Source: Mobula hypostoma | Lineage: Eukaryota | Assembly (NCBI RefSeq): GCF_963921235.1 | Contig: NC_086100.1 | Span: 53,320,001 to 53,384,000, forward strand | DNA: 64,000 nucleotides | Direction: 5' to 3' | In this document: one piece after another, positions 23,670 to 36,429 of the stretch | How positions within the stretch are numbered: the stretch's first letter is position 1 | Layout of the letters: the number at the start of each line of letters is the position of its first letter | Program-made: the position numbers and the translations under genes | The notes under the pieces: generated by a model | Database searches by the model: none | Told to the model about the DNA's origin: nothing | Seen by the model: the letters and a program-made list of their open reading frames with translations, nothing else

Positions 23670-24000
23670 ACAACCCAGCCAGATGGTTTATACTGCTGCC
23701 ACTTGGCTCCAGAAATCAGCATTGATCCTAGCTTCAGACATTGCCTGTTTTCATGTTTTTTTTCCTTTAATGTCATGGTCTTCCTCCAGGTGTGCTGGTT
23801 TTCTATCACAAATGGAAGTAGCAATAGTTAGTAAATTAATTAGCAACCATAAATTGCCTTAAGTGCAGTTTAACTGGTAAGAGAATTGGGTGGGAGAGGG
23901 AGTTGAAGTTGATGTGAGTGAAAATGTAATTAGTGTGGATGGGTTTTGGATCAACACAGTGTGAAGACCAAAAGGCTTGGTTTCATGGCTATATAATTCT
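23670..24000 (+). mobile_element. Degenerate V-SINE
   Basis: Core TTCCTCCAGGTGTGCTGGTTTTCT...TAAATTGCC, similar to the 17900 copy. Confidence 0.5.
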
Positions 24001-25711
24001 ACAGCTAAATGACCAGTGATAATGAGTTAATTTATTCTCAAAACACAACTTAAGTTTGAAATCAGGATGTGGAAGCACACGGTTGTTGGTCATTGCTTTC
24101 ACGGGCAATAGTCTTTATATTTAAAGAACATCAAATGAATTTAACCTGGGGGAAAAAACTTCAAAAGTTTCTAGCAGCTTGCCTATAAATGGTTGTGAAA
24201 GTTGGTAGTTTGTTGACAATCAGAATAAATTACAAATTACTAAAATCCAGAAGAAAAGTATTTATACTATTGAGATAACTAAATATGTCAATACACAGAT
24301 AATTTAAGAGACTACTAGACAGGTATATGGAGGAATTTAAGGTGGGAGGTTATATAGGAGGCAGGGTTTGAGGGTCGACACAACATTGTGGGCCGAAGGG
24401 CCTGTAATGTGCTGTACTATTCTATATTCGATTTAGTAAATGCTGAATAAACTCAAAGTTCTCAGTTTGCAGTTAGCTTTCAGTTATGAGTAAACGGATT
24501 GTCCAAATGTAGGATTTGGAAGTGACTGAAACCCAAGTCAATCCCACTTAGTGACAAATTCAGTCCTACAGCAACATCAGATCTATGTCAATTGATTTAA
24601 ATTTCACCAACAAAATGGAGATTGGTAACAAAAGGAGAGGTTTTCTCCTTCCATAAAGAATTTTGAATGAGAAAGAAATATACCACTTGGATCCATGTAG
24701 ATATTAATTTCAAATCCATGTTATTTAACACATTCTCCTCAGATCAATAAATATTTCAGACTATAGGAAAAATCTGATAAGTTTAAATGACAAAATTTGG
24801 AAATTATGAACCAGATGTGACAATAGTTGGAACAAAATGCAAATCAGATTAATAGAATAATCCAACATTTAATATTTGTTTTTATAATTTAAATAAAGCA
24901 AATCATAATGTGGAAATCAACGTTGTTCAAAAGGTCTTTTAAATACAAGTAGGTTTCTGTCACTGAGTTTCTCTGATGGCCAAATATTTCTACTGTAATG
25001 CTCGCATATAGTTTTCAAAAATAAGTTGAAAGTGAATGTTTCATTATATCAGAATGCCACAAAGCAGTTCATATTTAATAGATAACTATTTTTAATTATG
25101 TTACTTAATAAGGAAGCTATTTTGAAAATGGGAGTATTTCATAAACAGCCAATGCATTGAATGAATACTTCATCTTATCATGGAGCTCTTAATGTAGAGA
25201 GAAGGATTGGCTTGAACATCCTAATTTCAAACTCTACTTGAAATAATCACAACCACCTATTTTTTATAATCATCTAAAAAGAGGACGGTGTCTTAGTTTA
25301 ACATCTTACCCAAAGATGATGTCCCCACTGTTGCAGGCACATATTAATCTATATTATATTGTCCAAATCCTGGACAGACGATCTGTTGAATAACGATCTT
25401 TGGATTGAATGATTGCCACTACATGATATCACAGTTGGTTTAGCTAAAGGAATAAAGGCATTTCACTGTTGCAATCTTGTCTTCATTTGATATATACAAG
25501 GTAGCTTTATGGAAATTAAAGTAACCAGAAGGACTATAGACAGAAATAGTAAATTGAATGAAATCCATTTAATGTACAATATACAAGGCTGTAATTTTGC
25601 TTCTTTGATATGTCAGAAAAGGATGTTTCTCTTTTTACAGATGCTGTACGACCTGCCGGGTGTCTATGAAATTTTCTTTTCCTTTTCTCTGCTGCTCTGA
25701 TGTCATCCAAG

Positions 25712-25727
25712 TTTATTCCAATTTATT
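25712..25727 (-). promoter_or_regulatory. Candidate SLC33A1 polyadenylation signals
   Basis: Two AATAAA hexamers on the minus strand (25712-17, 25722-27), ~730 nt downstream of the stop; actual usage unknown. Confidence 0.35.
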
Positions 25728-26454
25728 TTGTTTTATAAAATTAGTTTAAATAGCTGTAGCGCCTTGCTGAATTTACATTTCATCCCCACCCCCCTACATG
25801 GGATGAAACAAAATTAAAGGTGAAATGTATGATAGAAACATCAAAACAAGGTGACCTTAGAATAATTCTTACAGGCAAGTCTCTACACTTAACTCCACTA
25901 TCAGGTTAAGCCATATTGTGTGGTAAAGTTTCACCGATATGGTACTGCAATTTTGTAAGAAGGTAAACATTTAACACAACAGTATCTTTAATGTAAATAG
26001 TCCCAAAATATTTATATGAATTTGCAATTCAAAATGTAGCCATTGTTGCAATTACTAGATTTACTAGACCAATTGTGCTCTTAAGTAATTGCACAGTAAT
26101 GTTCACTTTCAGTGGAGAGGCAGTAAGCTTGCCAATTTTTCTAACAGGCATGCAATTTGCTTTAGAGCCAATGTTTAAATTTATCTTATATGACACCTGA
26201 AATAATGCAACTTGATGGCTATCTATGAAATGAATGTTGTTGCACAAGTAGGCAATTTTTAAACTCCAACATAAAAAGCCTAATTAAAATTAGTGCTATA
26301 CATAACCAGCACTACTTGTAGCATACGACAATCATCTGACATACTCAAAATAAACATTATAAAACTGATAAAATACTTTCTTTTTTCACAGTCTTCTGAA
26401 CACCGGCTAAGAGATCCAATTTTCATTGAATTCCACAAACTTCCATCTATGAAC

Positions 26455-26622
26455 TTAATTATTCCTCTTGCACCGCCACGTGGATGGATGCTCATTTTGT
26501 AGATTTCTGAATTTTTTCCCATACCGGAGCCACCATGCAAGTCCAAAGAAAATGCAGAATATAGATTCTACATAGTAGCCATCAGTTATTGTTGAACATG
26601 AACCACCAGATTTAACACAAAG
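26455..26622 (-). CDS. SLC33A1: Acetyl-CoA transporter 1, last coding exon (6/6)
   Basis: cag acceptor 26623-25; LCVKSGGSCSTITDGYYVESIFCIFFGLAWW...W.CKRNN then TAA; 168 nt. Full CDS join: 51062-51797, 44675-44868, 37894-38078, 34357-34474, 31582-31797, 26455-26622 = 1617 nt, 538 aa. Confidence 0.96.
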   Translation of the reverse strand, partial: LCVKSGGSCSTITDGYYVESIFCIFFGLAWWLRYGKKFRNLQNEHPSTWRCKRNN

Positions 26623-27771
26623 CTGTATGGGGACAAAAAAAGGAGAAAGTTTCAATTATAATCCAGACGTTTATATTTATTGTGATCAAGCATGAAAAGC
26701 ACTCACACAGACAATACTATAGATCAGTTTTCCCAACCATTTTTAGCCCAACACCCCAGTAAAGCACTTTCATAATTGCCAATGCCCCTCTTAGACAATA
26801 CACTTTCCTGTGCCCCCATAGTGTAAAAACATGTTGACCAAAACCTGACATGAGAGAAATGATTCACGCTTTAAATTTTTATTTGTTTTTAAAAGCAGCT
26901 TACACAGTACCTTTGCGCTGTACAGCAGCTTCGAGATCAATGTGATCCTGAGCTTGATGGTTATTTGCAAGAGTTGAAATATCTGGTTCAAATTGTGACA
27001 GCAAAAGCCACATGTAACAATGTCCAAGCAGTTTGTTTTTTGTGAGTATGTGGTTCACTGCACTGAAGCTTCCTTCAACAAGGTAGGAGGATGGAAATGC
27101 AATGAAGAGCAGTTTGGTTCTCCTCCAAAGACCAGGAAACTTCATATAACATAGTAGCCACATACCACAAAATTTGACATTTTTCTAAAGCATTTTTGCG
27201 TTTTCATCATTCTGAATTTTGATAATTTCTTTTTGCAAGCTCTCTTCCTGTTCTTCCACCTTGCAAAGATATGGGTTAATTGCCCAGTCCAGAATTTCCA
27301 GATTGTTTAAATCCTTGAATCAACTCTGAAGATTCTTTGGTGACTGCAGGTGTAAGCAGTACACCTGCAAATTACCATCTATGAAAGAGATTGTCATACT
27401 TTCCATGCAGAGAAACTGAGAATGTTCTTCTCCCAATGTTATTTCCAATTTTCTGATAAAAGTGGACACTGCACTTTATGCCAATTTAAATTCTCGCCCT
27501 GCAGTTTCATAATTAGAATGTTCATTTTATCATACAGATTGGCTAGGTATGCCACATCTCCACGTACAAGTTCAATCTTGAGCAAAAATTCAAACAGTGT
27601 CAAAAATTTCAAAGAAACATTTTAAGCAACAGCCTTTTGATCACCAAAGCACTTCAGTGTGAAGAAGCAAGCGTACAAACACTTCATCATTATCTTGGCA
27701 TAACTGGTGAAATATTCTGCTATTTAATGGATGAGCTTTAATCTTGTTGATAGCAGATATTACAAGAGTCA

Positions 27772-28720
27772 TACTCTGTACTTTATTGTCGCCAAACAAT
27801 TGATACTAGAATGTACAATCATCACAGCGATATTTGATTCTGCGCTTCCCACTCCCCGGATTACAAATTGATAGTAAATATTAAAATATACAAATTATAA
27901 ATCATAAATAGAAAATAGAAAAATGGAAAGTAAGGTAGTGCAAAATAACCCAGAGGCAGGTCCGGATATTTGGAGGGTACAGCCCAGATCTGGGTCAGGA
28001 TCCGTTCAGCAGTCCTATCACAGTTGGAAAGAAGCTGTTCCCAAATCTGGCTGTACTAGTCTTCAAGCTCCTGAACCTTCTCCTGGAGGGAAGAGGATCG
28101 AAAAGTGTGTTGGCTGGGTGGGTCGTGTCCTTGATTATCCTGGCAGCACTGCTCCGACAGCGTGCAGTGTAAAGTGAGTCCAAGGACGGAAGATTGGTTT
28201 GTGTGATGTGCTGCGTTGTGTTCTCAATCTTCTGCAGCTTCTTTCGGTCTTGGACAGGACAACTTCCATACCAGGTTGTGATGCACCCTAGAAGAATGCT
28301 TTCTACGGTGTATCTATAAAAAAATAGTGAGGGTTTTCTTTAGTTTTCTCAGGAAGTAAAGGCGCTGGTGGGCCTTCTTGGCAGTGGACTCTGCTTGGTT
28401 GGACCAAGTCAGGTCATTTGTGATATTGACCCCGAGGAACTTAAAGCTTTTGACCTGTTCCACTTGCGCACCACCGATGTAAATTGGGTCGTGCGGTCCG
28501 CTACTCCTTCTGAAGTCAACAACCAATTCCTTTGTCTTGCTGACGTTGAGGGATAGGTTATTGTCTTCGCACCATGCCACCAGGTTCTTAGTTTCCTTTC
28601 TGTACTCAAACTCATCATTACCCGAGATACAGCCTACAATTGTTGTGTCATCAGCAAACTTATATATTGAGTTCGATGGAAACCTGGCTACACAATCATG
28701 GGTGTACAGTGAGTACAGCC
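27772..28720 (-). mobile_element. Rex1/Babar-type LINE 3' fragment
   Basis: LYSLYTHDC..KFADDTT..WCEDNNLSLNVSKTKELVVDFRR..FKFLGV..KKAHQRLYFLRKL; AATAAA at ~27782. Confidence 0.85.
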
Positions 28721-28857
28721 ATTGAATAAAGTTGCTGGTTGAGGTTTTGACTGCAAGATGTTGACAAATTACACAATGGATTGCAAACAGACTTGGAATT
28801 TCTTTTTCATAAACGTAGCAACCTGTCATATATTGTGCTCCATTTGTTGCACAAGAA

Positions 28858-30415
28858 ATACTCAAATGCAGCAGGACCTGGACAATATCCAGGCTTTGGC
28901 TGACAAGTGGCAAGTAATATTCGAGCCACGCAAGTGCCAGGCAATGACCATCTCCAACGAGAGGCTCTCACCATTTTCCCTTGACATTCAGTGGCATCAG
29001 CATCACTGAATCCCCTACTATCAACATCCTGGGGGTTACCATTGACAGGAAACTGAACTGGTCTAGCCAAATAAAAACCGTGGCTACCAGAGCAGGTCAA
29101 AGGCTAGGAACTCTGCAGCGTGTAACTCACCTCCTGACTCCCCAAAGCCTGTCCACTATCTACAAGGCTCAAATCAGGAGTGTAATAGAATACTTGCCTG
29201 GATGAGTGCGACTCCATCAACTTAAGAAGCTTGACACCATCCAGTACAAGGCAGCTCACTTGATTGGTACCCTGTCCACAAGCATCCAAACCCTCCACCA
29301 ACGATGAACAGTTGCAGCAGTGTGTACCATCTACAAGATGCACTGCAACAACACACCAAAATTCTTATGGCAGTACCTTCCAGACCCACAACCACTATCA
29401 TCTAGAACGGGGTCCCCAACCTTTTCTGCACCGCGGACCGGTTTAATATTGACAATATTCTTGCCGACCGGTGGGGGCGCGGGGGGGTGTTAATCATGAC
29501 CAAAATATAGGTGATAAGTCAACTAAGTCACTGTAAGTGGCAAATACACTCAATTTCATTTCTAAAAGGGTTTATCTAACAAATTTAATATTAAACATAC
29601 AGCACATATTTTCCCCATATGAACATATAAAATCACTGCAACAAAGCAATATTGCTGAATCAGTGGGAGCCCTGGGCTTGTTTCCCTGCAACAACACGGT
29701 CCCATCAAGGGGTGATGGGAGACAGCGATACTCGAAGGGTGTTCCTTGTGTCCAGGCTATTCCACAATTTAGTTTTCATTGCATTCACTGCAGAAAACTC
29801 CACTTCGCAGAGATATGATGTTGGAAATGGAAGCAACATTTTCAGTGCTTTCCTGGCTATCTCAGGATATTCAGCCTTGACTTTGATCCAGAATGCTGGC
29901 AGAGATGTTATGTCAAACATACTTTTCAGCCCACCATCATTTGCAAGCTTGAGGAGTTGATCTTCTTCCCGTGCTGACGGGAATGATGCGCGTGTCATGA
30001 CCTTGCACGTGTAATGACCTCGCATGCGTTCAAGTTCCAACAGTGCGTGACAGGGAATGAGGAAAGGTGTAGCTGACTCATATCGTTTCATATCACCATA
30101 TCATATCATTTCCTCGGTTGGGGACCACTGATCTAGAAGGATGAGAACAGCAGATACCTGGGAATGCCGCCACTTGGAAATCCCCCCCGAGTCACTCACC
30201 ATTCTGACTTGGAAACAGGTTGCCGTTCCTTCAATGTCGCCGGGTCAAAAAGTTACTCCCTAACAGCACTATGGGTGTGGCTAGCTACACCTCAGGGACT
30301 GCAGTGATTCAAGAAAGCAGCTCATCACCACCGTCTCAAGGGTAACTAGGGACGGGCCATAAATGCTGGCTTAGCTGGCGACGCCCACATCCCATAAATG
30401 AATAAATTTTAAAAA
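28858..30415 (+). mobile_element. CR1/L2-group LINE 3' fragment interrupted by a hAT element
   Basis: QQDLDNIQA.ADKWQV.F...KC, ILGVTID.KLNW, TIYKAQIRS.IEY; ends AATGAATAAA at ~30400. Confidence 0.75.
29408..30130 (-). mobile_element. Non-autonomous Charlie-type hAT element (same family as 9398-10666)
   Basis: Termini CGGGGTCCCCAAC / GTTGGGGACCACTG; perfect 8-bp TSD ATCTAGAA (29400-07, 30131-38); hAT dimerisation-domain remnant. Confidence 0.9.
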
Positions 30416-31581
30416 TCATGTTCTTAATGGGAATACTTTTATCTTCAATATACATTTGAGCTTGTTGTAGATTCTCTGTTGATATTCATTTTTAACTTTT
30501 TATAAAAAGAATTTTTTAAACTTTTCCATTTTTGATAAACCATACACATGCCATTAGCACATTAGCAATACCTCGTTGTCTCGCACAGTTGACTCATCCA
30601 GTTGTATCCCAGGTGGTTTTATTTTTGTAGCTCTGTGCATAGTTGATACTCAATGTCTTGTTAATACGATGAGCTAGTGAGCTATTACTCAAAGGAATTG
30701 ATTTTAAAACACTGGTATTCATTTTGAGAATAGTGGTGAGAACTTCTGATACAATTGGTGAAAGATTAATAATGCCTGCTGTATGAGATTTTCCACACTT
30801 TGCTATCATTCTGGAAATGTTATAAGAAGCAATGACACCACTATCAAGGTCATCTTTATATTACTTGACAAATGACTCGAGTGTGCAACTCTTTTCAAAT
30901 GCTTCTTTCATCTTCTGGAACTGAATAATACCATAAGCAGCCTTTTCACGGGTTCCTGCAATTTCGGTTTCATGGCTTCATTAGACAGTACAGTATTACA
31001 AATAAGACATGGGGCATCATTGGTCTGACAGGAACGGAATAAAACTATACTCTAGGTACACATCCCTCTGTAGTTTCTGTTTCTTAGCAGGATTAGAATT
31101 CAAGGCTTCTTTGCTTTCAGACTCCGAGATCGCGCCACACATATTCTGCCATCATTAACGGGGCTAAATTAAAATACAAAATTAACACTAACTGGGAATG
31201 CCTATTGGGTGTTGACAACAGCAGCAAGTTGACGTGCATGGAGCAATGGTAGTGGCACACGAAGGAATAGCGAGATGAAGATGAAAATGATTATAACAGC
31301 GAAAATTATGAGATTGGAATCTGGATGTTAGTCAGGATAGAGCCAGTATTCAGCAAGCTACGTTTATATTATTCCAGTTAGTGCGATTGACCAATCATGC
31401 AAACTTTCATAATTATCGTGGTATAGTTAGGGTGCCGTTTACCGTCCACCCCCAAGAATCTTGAATGCCCCCCCGACGACTTCTATTTCCCCATTGCCCC
31501 CTTAGAAGCAGGCAGTAACACTCCCATTGGGAATCACTGCTGTAGGTCATTCATTTTTACCAATAGTAAATAAAGACTCAC

Positions 31582-31797
31582 CTCAGAATCTACTGCCGAT
31601 CTACAACTTTGTTCGGGCACACCTAGACATTTCTTGACAGTGAGTGGATCCACCAACCAAAGAGCTAAGGTAGCTGGCCAGTTTCCAGCAAGATTAGAGA
31701 TGGTATTCAATAAAGTCATGTATGTTCCTCCAATTGAAGGATCACTAATCTTAGCATTAAAAGCCATAACAGCAACATACATGCTATAGAGCGCCAC
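31582..31797 (-). CDS. SLC33A1: Acetyl-CoA transporter 1, coding exon 5
   Basis: VALYSMYVAVMAFNAKISDPSIGGTYMTLLNTISNLAGNWP...; cag/GTGAG boundaries; 216 nt. Confidence 0.96.
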
Positions 31798-32529
31798 CTG
31801 GAAAGTGGAGAAAAATGAAAAGTCAATACAGTTGACAAATTATCAAGGTAATGCAATTCCAAGAAAATCGTTCTTTTTTGAAAGATAATCTATAATGAAC
31901 TTAAACAAGATAATGTACAATTAATGTATATTTTGGAAATATTCAGCTTGCTCAAATATATTTGGATTTGCATGTCAAAATTACTGTATTTATAATTTTT
32001 TAAAAAATAATTTAAGATACAAAAACTGTTGACATTCACAAACAAAAGCACAATTTGTAGAGAAATATATAGCATCAGGTGCCTGAATAAAATGTGAAGA
32101 GGTCAAATAAAGATAGCCAAATTCTAACGCAGATGTGAAGCATTACAAGGCCAATAAAGACCCAATTATCAGGAAATTATCATTCAGAGAGAAGAATTAA
32201 GGATCAACACCTGGAAAGGATTTTTTATGCATAATAGTGGATATAAAGTTGTTGGAAGTAATTTAAAAGATAAAACAAAAAGTACAAGTTGGGTTTTCAA
32301 TTAATGGAGATTTTCTAGATCATAATTTGAAAAACAATTTGTCAAGCTACTTAACAAACAATTTATCAAGTGTAGTCTGTCAGATATTTTATTCTAGATT
32401 AGAATGCCTAAACTATCTAATTTATACACAACATAAAAAATACCTGGAAAACATTTCTTAATGCGTAAAATTGATTTAAAAGTCTCTAATCTGTGTCACA
32501 TTAAATACCAAAGAGACAATGTGTTTCTA

Positions 32530-32900
32530 ATCATTCAAGGGTTACCTTTATTTTCACATGTACATCAAAATATAGAGTGAAATGTATTTCTGCATCAAGA
32601 CCAAACACAGTCGAAGTTTCACCATGCTTCCAGTGCCAATACAGCATGCCCACAACTTACTAACTCTAACCTTCCAGTGCCAATACTGCATGCCCACAAC
32701 TTACTAACTCTAACCTTCCAGTGCCAATACAGCATGCCCACAACTTACTAACTCTAACCTTTGGAAAGTGGGAGGAAACTGGAACACCCGTATGGTCACG
32801 GAGAAAACGTACAAACTCCTTACAGACAGCAGTGGGAATTGAACCCTGAAATCGCTGATGCTGTAAAGTGTTAAGCTAACTGCTATGCTACTGTACCGCT
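32530..32900 (-). mobile_element. V-SINE (tRNA head at right end) containing the 44-bp triplication
   Basis: Minus strand has a B-box-like GGTTCAATTCC and V-core GGAGTTTGTACGTTTTCTCCGTGACC...GTTTCCTCCCAC. Confidence 0.65.
32627..32758. repeat. Tandem repeat, 3 x 44 bp
   Basis: Unit CTTCCAGTGCCAATACAGCATGCCCACAACTTACTAACTCTAAC at 32627, 32671 and 32715 (one substitution). Confidence 0.95.
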
Positions 32901-32959
32901 CTCCTGAGTTGAATAGGGCAAGGTGATTTTACTCTCTAACCTTCTTTTATGAAGTTCAT

Positions 32960-33540
32960 TACTTCATTCTGAGTTTGAAGAGATTCGGCATGTCAACAAA
33001 TACACTCAAAAATTTCTATAGATGTACCCTGGAGAGCATTCTGACAGGCTACATCACTGTCTGTATGGTGGGGGGGGGGGGGCTACTGCACAGGATTGAA
33101 AGAAGCTGCAGGGGGTTGCAAATTTAGTCGGCTCCATCTTGGGTACTAGCCTACAAAGTACTGAGGACATCTTCAAGGAGTGGTATCTCAGAAAGGCAGC
33201 ATCCATTATCAAGGACCTCCAGCACCCAACGCATGCCATTTTCTCACTATTACCATCAGGTAGGAGGTACAGAAGTCTGAAGGCACACACTCAGCTATTC
33301 AGGAACAGCTTCTTCCCCTCTGCCATCTGATTCCTAAATCCACATTGAACCCTTGAACACTACGTCACTTTTTAAATATATATTATTTCTGTTTTTTTGC
33401 GCAATTTTTAATCTATTCAATGTATACTGTAATTGATTTACTTATTTTTTTCCTTCTATATTATATATTGCATTTAACTGCTGCACTAAGTTCTCAAATT
33501 TCATGACACATGCCGTTGATAATAAACCTGATTCTGAGTT
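32960..33540 (+). mobile_element. Rex1/Babar-type LINE 3' fragment
   Basis: KAASIIKD..HP.H..FSLLPSGRRYRSL....FRNSFFP; tail AATAAACCTGATTCTGA. Confidence 0.8.
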
Positions 33541-34356
33541 CTTTTTCTCCATGCTCGAATCTTTTAACCTAAAAGCAAGCGTGAATCAACTGACTTCAAG
33601 TTAATATTTAATGTCGGTATTTAGTTGACAGATGAATATCTGCCACTTTTTCAAACAGTATTTGCTGCAAGTTCAAGGTGATTTCTTCTCTGATTCAGAA
33701 TAGATCAGGCCTCGTCTTTAATGTATAATTACTGTGCTGTTATAAATGTCTGGCTATGTGACACCTTCACCTACACTAGAAGATATGGAAGACTACATAT
33801 GATCAGTTATTTATTGAACCAATTCGTCTTCAATATATTTTGAATCAGACCTCAATAAAGAGGATGCAAGACGAATTATAATACAGTGATGTCACAGAAA
33901 AAAAATCCATATTGGCCACCTTAGAACCCCAGAACTGGAGTGGAAGCAAGTTATTTTTAGCTCAGAGGAATGAGTTGAGAAAGAAATGACCTGAAAGAAA
34001 TGAAAACTAGCCTGTCAGTGCACGTACAGTTCTGTAGATAAATCTGAATACTATGAGACTAACAGGAAACCACTACATTCCTTATTTCCTGTTCAGAAAT
34101 CAGCTCAGTATCTTTTGAAGAAAATAAATCTTTATATTAGTAACCACCTTCAAAATTAATGAGAAAGTAAAATGTTGACTCAAGGTCAAATTCATAAGTC
34201 AGTTTGTTGAACATTATAAATTGCCAGTTCAAAAACATGATTTAGTTCCGTTCTTTAAGGATTCAGTACATACAATGAGCCATTTTCAAAAATACATCTT
34301 AGTATTTTACAAAAGATTATTTTAATGCAATATACTAATCCAATGCACTCTCTCAC

Positions 34357-34474
34357 CTGATGCAAGGCATAACTTAACAGCAGGATTCCATAATAATACA
34401 CAGGAAACTCTGTATCCACTTTTACCATAGGAGTCCAGAATACTAAGAGAGCAAATATTATACCCATTGCTAAC
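34357..34474 (-). CDS. SLC33A1: Acetyl-CoA transporter 1, coding exon 4
   Basis: (R)LAMGIIFALLVFWTPMVKVDTEFPVYYYGILLLSYALHQ; cag/GTGAG boundaries; 118 nt. Confidence 0.96.
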
Positions 34475-35764
34475 CTGTAATGAAGAGAGACAAGCCATAT
34501 TGTAATTAAGTTTCTAAACTAAGTGTAACTGTAATTGTTGAACCTACATTAATACTTTAGATTTAGATTATGAGGACACTCAGTCCTCGTTTATTGTCAT
34601 TTAGAAATGCATGCACTAAAAAAAATGCTACAACGTTCCTCCAGAATGATATCACAAAAAAACACAGGACAAACCAAGACTAAAACTGACAAAACCACAT
34701 AATTATAACATATACTTACAACAGTGCAAAGCAATACCATAATTTGATGTCTCAAAGTCCCGATAGACTCATCATCTCATGCAGTAATCATTTATTATAT
34801 TATTGCCATATTTCACATAATAGTCATTGACTAATTACACTTGTCATTAAACTCCATTGCAAAAGTAAGTAATGCAGATGAATAATCGTAAAGCATGTAG
34901 GGCCACCATGTCAATGATAAACAGCTATGCATTGGCAATTCAAGTAGTCTTCTACATATTTCTTAAATGTGAGAGTCTCTACCTCCACCAGACCCTAAGA
35001 TAGTGCAAGTCAGATTTCAAACACCCTCCTGGTGATACAATTCATCAGATTCCCTCTACCTCAAAGGTTCCCAACCTGAGGTCACAGACCCCCTGCTAAA
35101 TGGTATTGATCTATGGGATAAAAAAAAAGGTTAGGAATCCCATTTCCTCAAAGATTTAGACACGTCTGCCATAGGGATAAATTTCCTACTATCAATTCTA
35201 TCTATGCCCCCGGTAGTTTTGCATTACTTGGTCTCCAATTGACACTTCTGTCACCAGTTGGGACATCAGGTTACAACTATAAAAGTCACTGGTGACATCA
35301 CATGGAGTAATATATTAAATTCTGCTTGTCCAGCAATAGACAGGATAACATTAGGCTGGGAAGGCTGCAAAAAAGATTCACAAGGATATTACTGGGATTG
35401 AAGAGCTTGAGTTACAAGGAGAGGGTCAACAGGCTGAGACGTTTCCCCCCTAGAGCCTAGGAAGCAAGAGATAACTTTATATGATATATATACACAATTA
35501 TAACAGGAGTAAATAAAGGGTATGATCACACTTTTTCCAAGGATAGAGGAGGGCATTGATTTAAGGCAAGAAGGGAAACATTTTTAAAGTGTCCTGAGGG
35601 GAAACTACCTCGACACAGGGGGAGGTGGGAATATGAAACAAGTTGCCATTGGAAGCTGTGGATTCAGGTACATTACAATGTTTAAAAGACATTTGAACAG
35701 GTATACACTAGAAAATCCAAGAGAGATATAGCCCTAATGTAGGTAAACGTGGCTAGCTAGGACA

Positions 35765-36429
35765 GATTGCCGACGCCTCTGATCTGGGCTGACATTTACG
35801 TGCTGGGTGGCAATTAATTAGCTTGTTTATTACGGCTTTTTTCTTAAAGATGTGCTGGGTGCATCCCGGCCACCACTGTACCGCTGCATGCTTCGCGGAT
35901 CGGTATCGGTTCGCTGCCCAGAGGGTGGGGACCACCACCACCCCAACCTCCGACGACTCAGCCTAACACACCATCATCAGTGTGCTCAGCGCTGTCTTCC
36001 CGATTCCGGTAAGTGATTCTACACTGTACATACATTATTTCTACTTTATATAGGCTGTGTATTTTTACGTGTTATTTGGTATGATTTGGCAGCTTCATAG
36101 CTTAAAGGTTACTGGAGAGAGTATTTCTGCCGAGAGCGCTTGCATGAGATTTTCGCTACGGATAACAGTGCAGCAATGATTGTAGAAAAGTATTTCTACT
36201 TTATATAGGCTGTGTACTTATCATATCATTCCTGCTTTTACTATATGTTACTGTTATTTTAGGTTTTATGTGTTATTTGGCATGATTTGGTAGGTTATTT
36301 TTTGGGTCTGCGAACGCTCACAAATTTTTCCCATATAAATAAATGGTAATTGTTTCTTCGCTTTACGACATTCCGGCTTACGAACCATTTCATAGGAACG
36401 CTCTACCTTTGGATGGCGGGGGGAACCTG
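35765..36429. mobile_element. Tigger/pogo-like non-autonomous relic fused to half of the palindromic hAT MITE
   Basis: Right end ...GGGGAACCTG followed by TA; 35765-35935 matches the 10240-10408 MITE arm. Confidence 0.6.

Larger units (their letters stand above)
26725..31539 (-). mobile_element. Decayed autonomous hAT (Charlie/Buster-type) transposon with nested LINEs
   Basis: Termini CAGTTTTCCCAA / TTGGGAATCACTG; TSD CTATAGAT / CTGTAGGT (6/8); transposase remnants IAKCGKSHT, SIPLSNS...RI, AIHCVI, LLLHTEVLW*SKG, FPSSYLVEGSFS. Confidence 0.85.

Noticed and set aside
32627-32758. CRISPR-like direct repeats
   Set aside because: Units are contiguous with no spacers, there are no cas genes, and the context is eukaryotic.
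17900-32900. tRNA genes
   Set aside because: The B-box-like sequences are SINE heads and do not form a cloverleaf.
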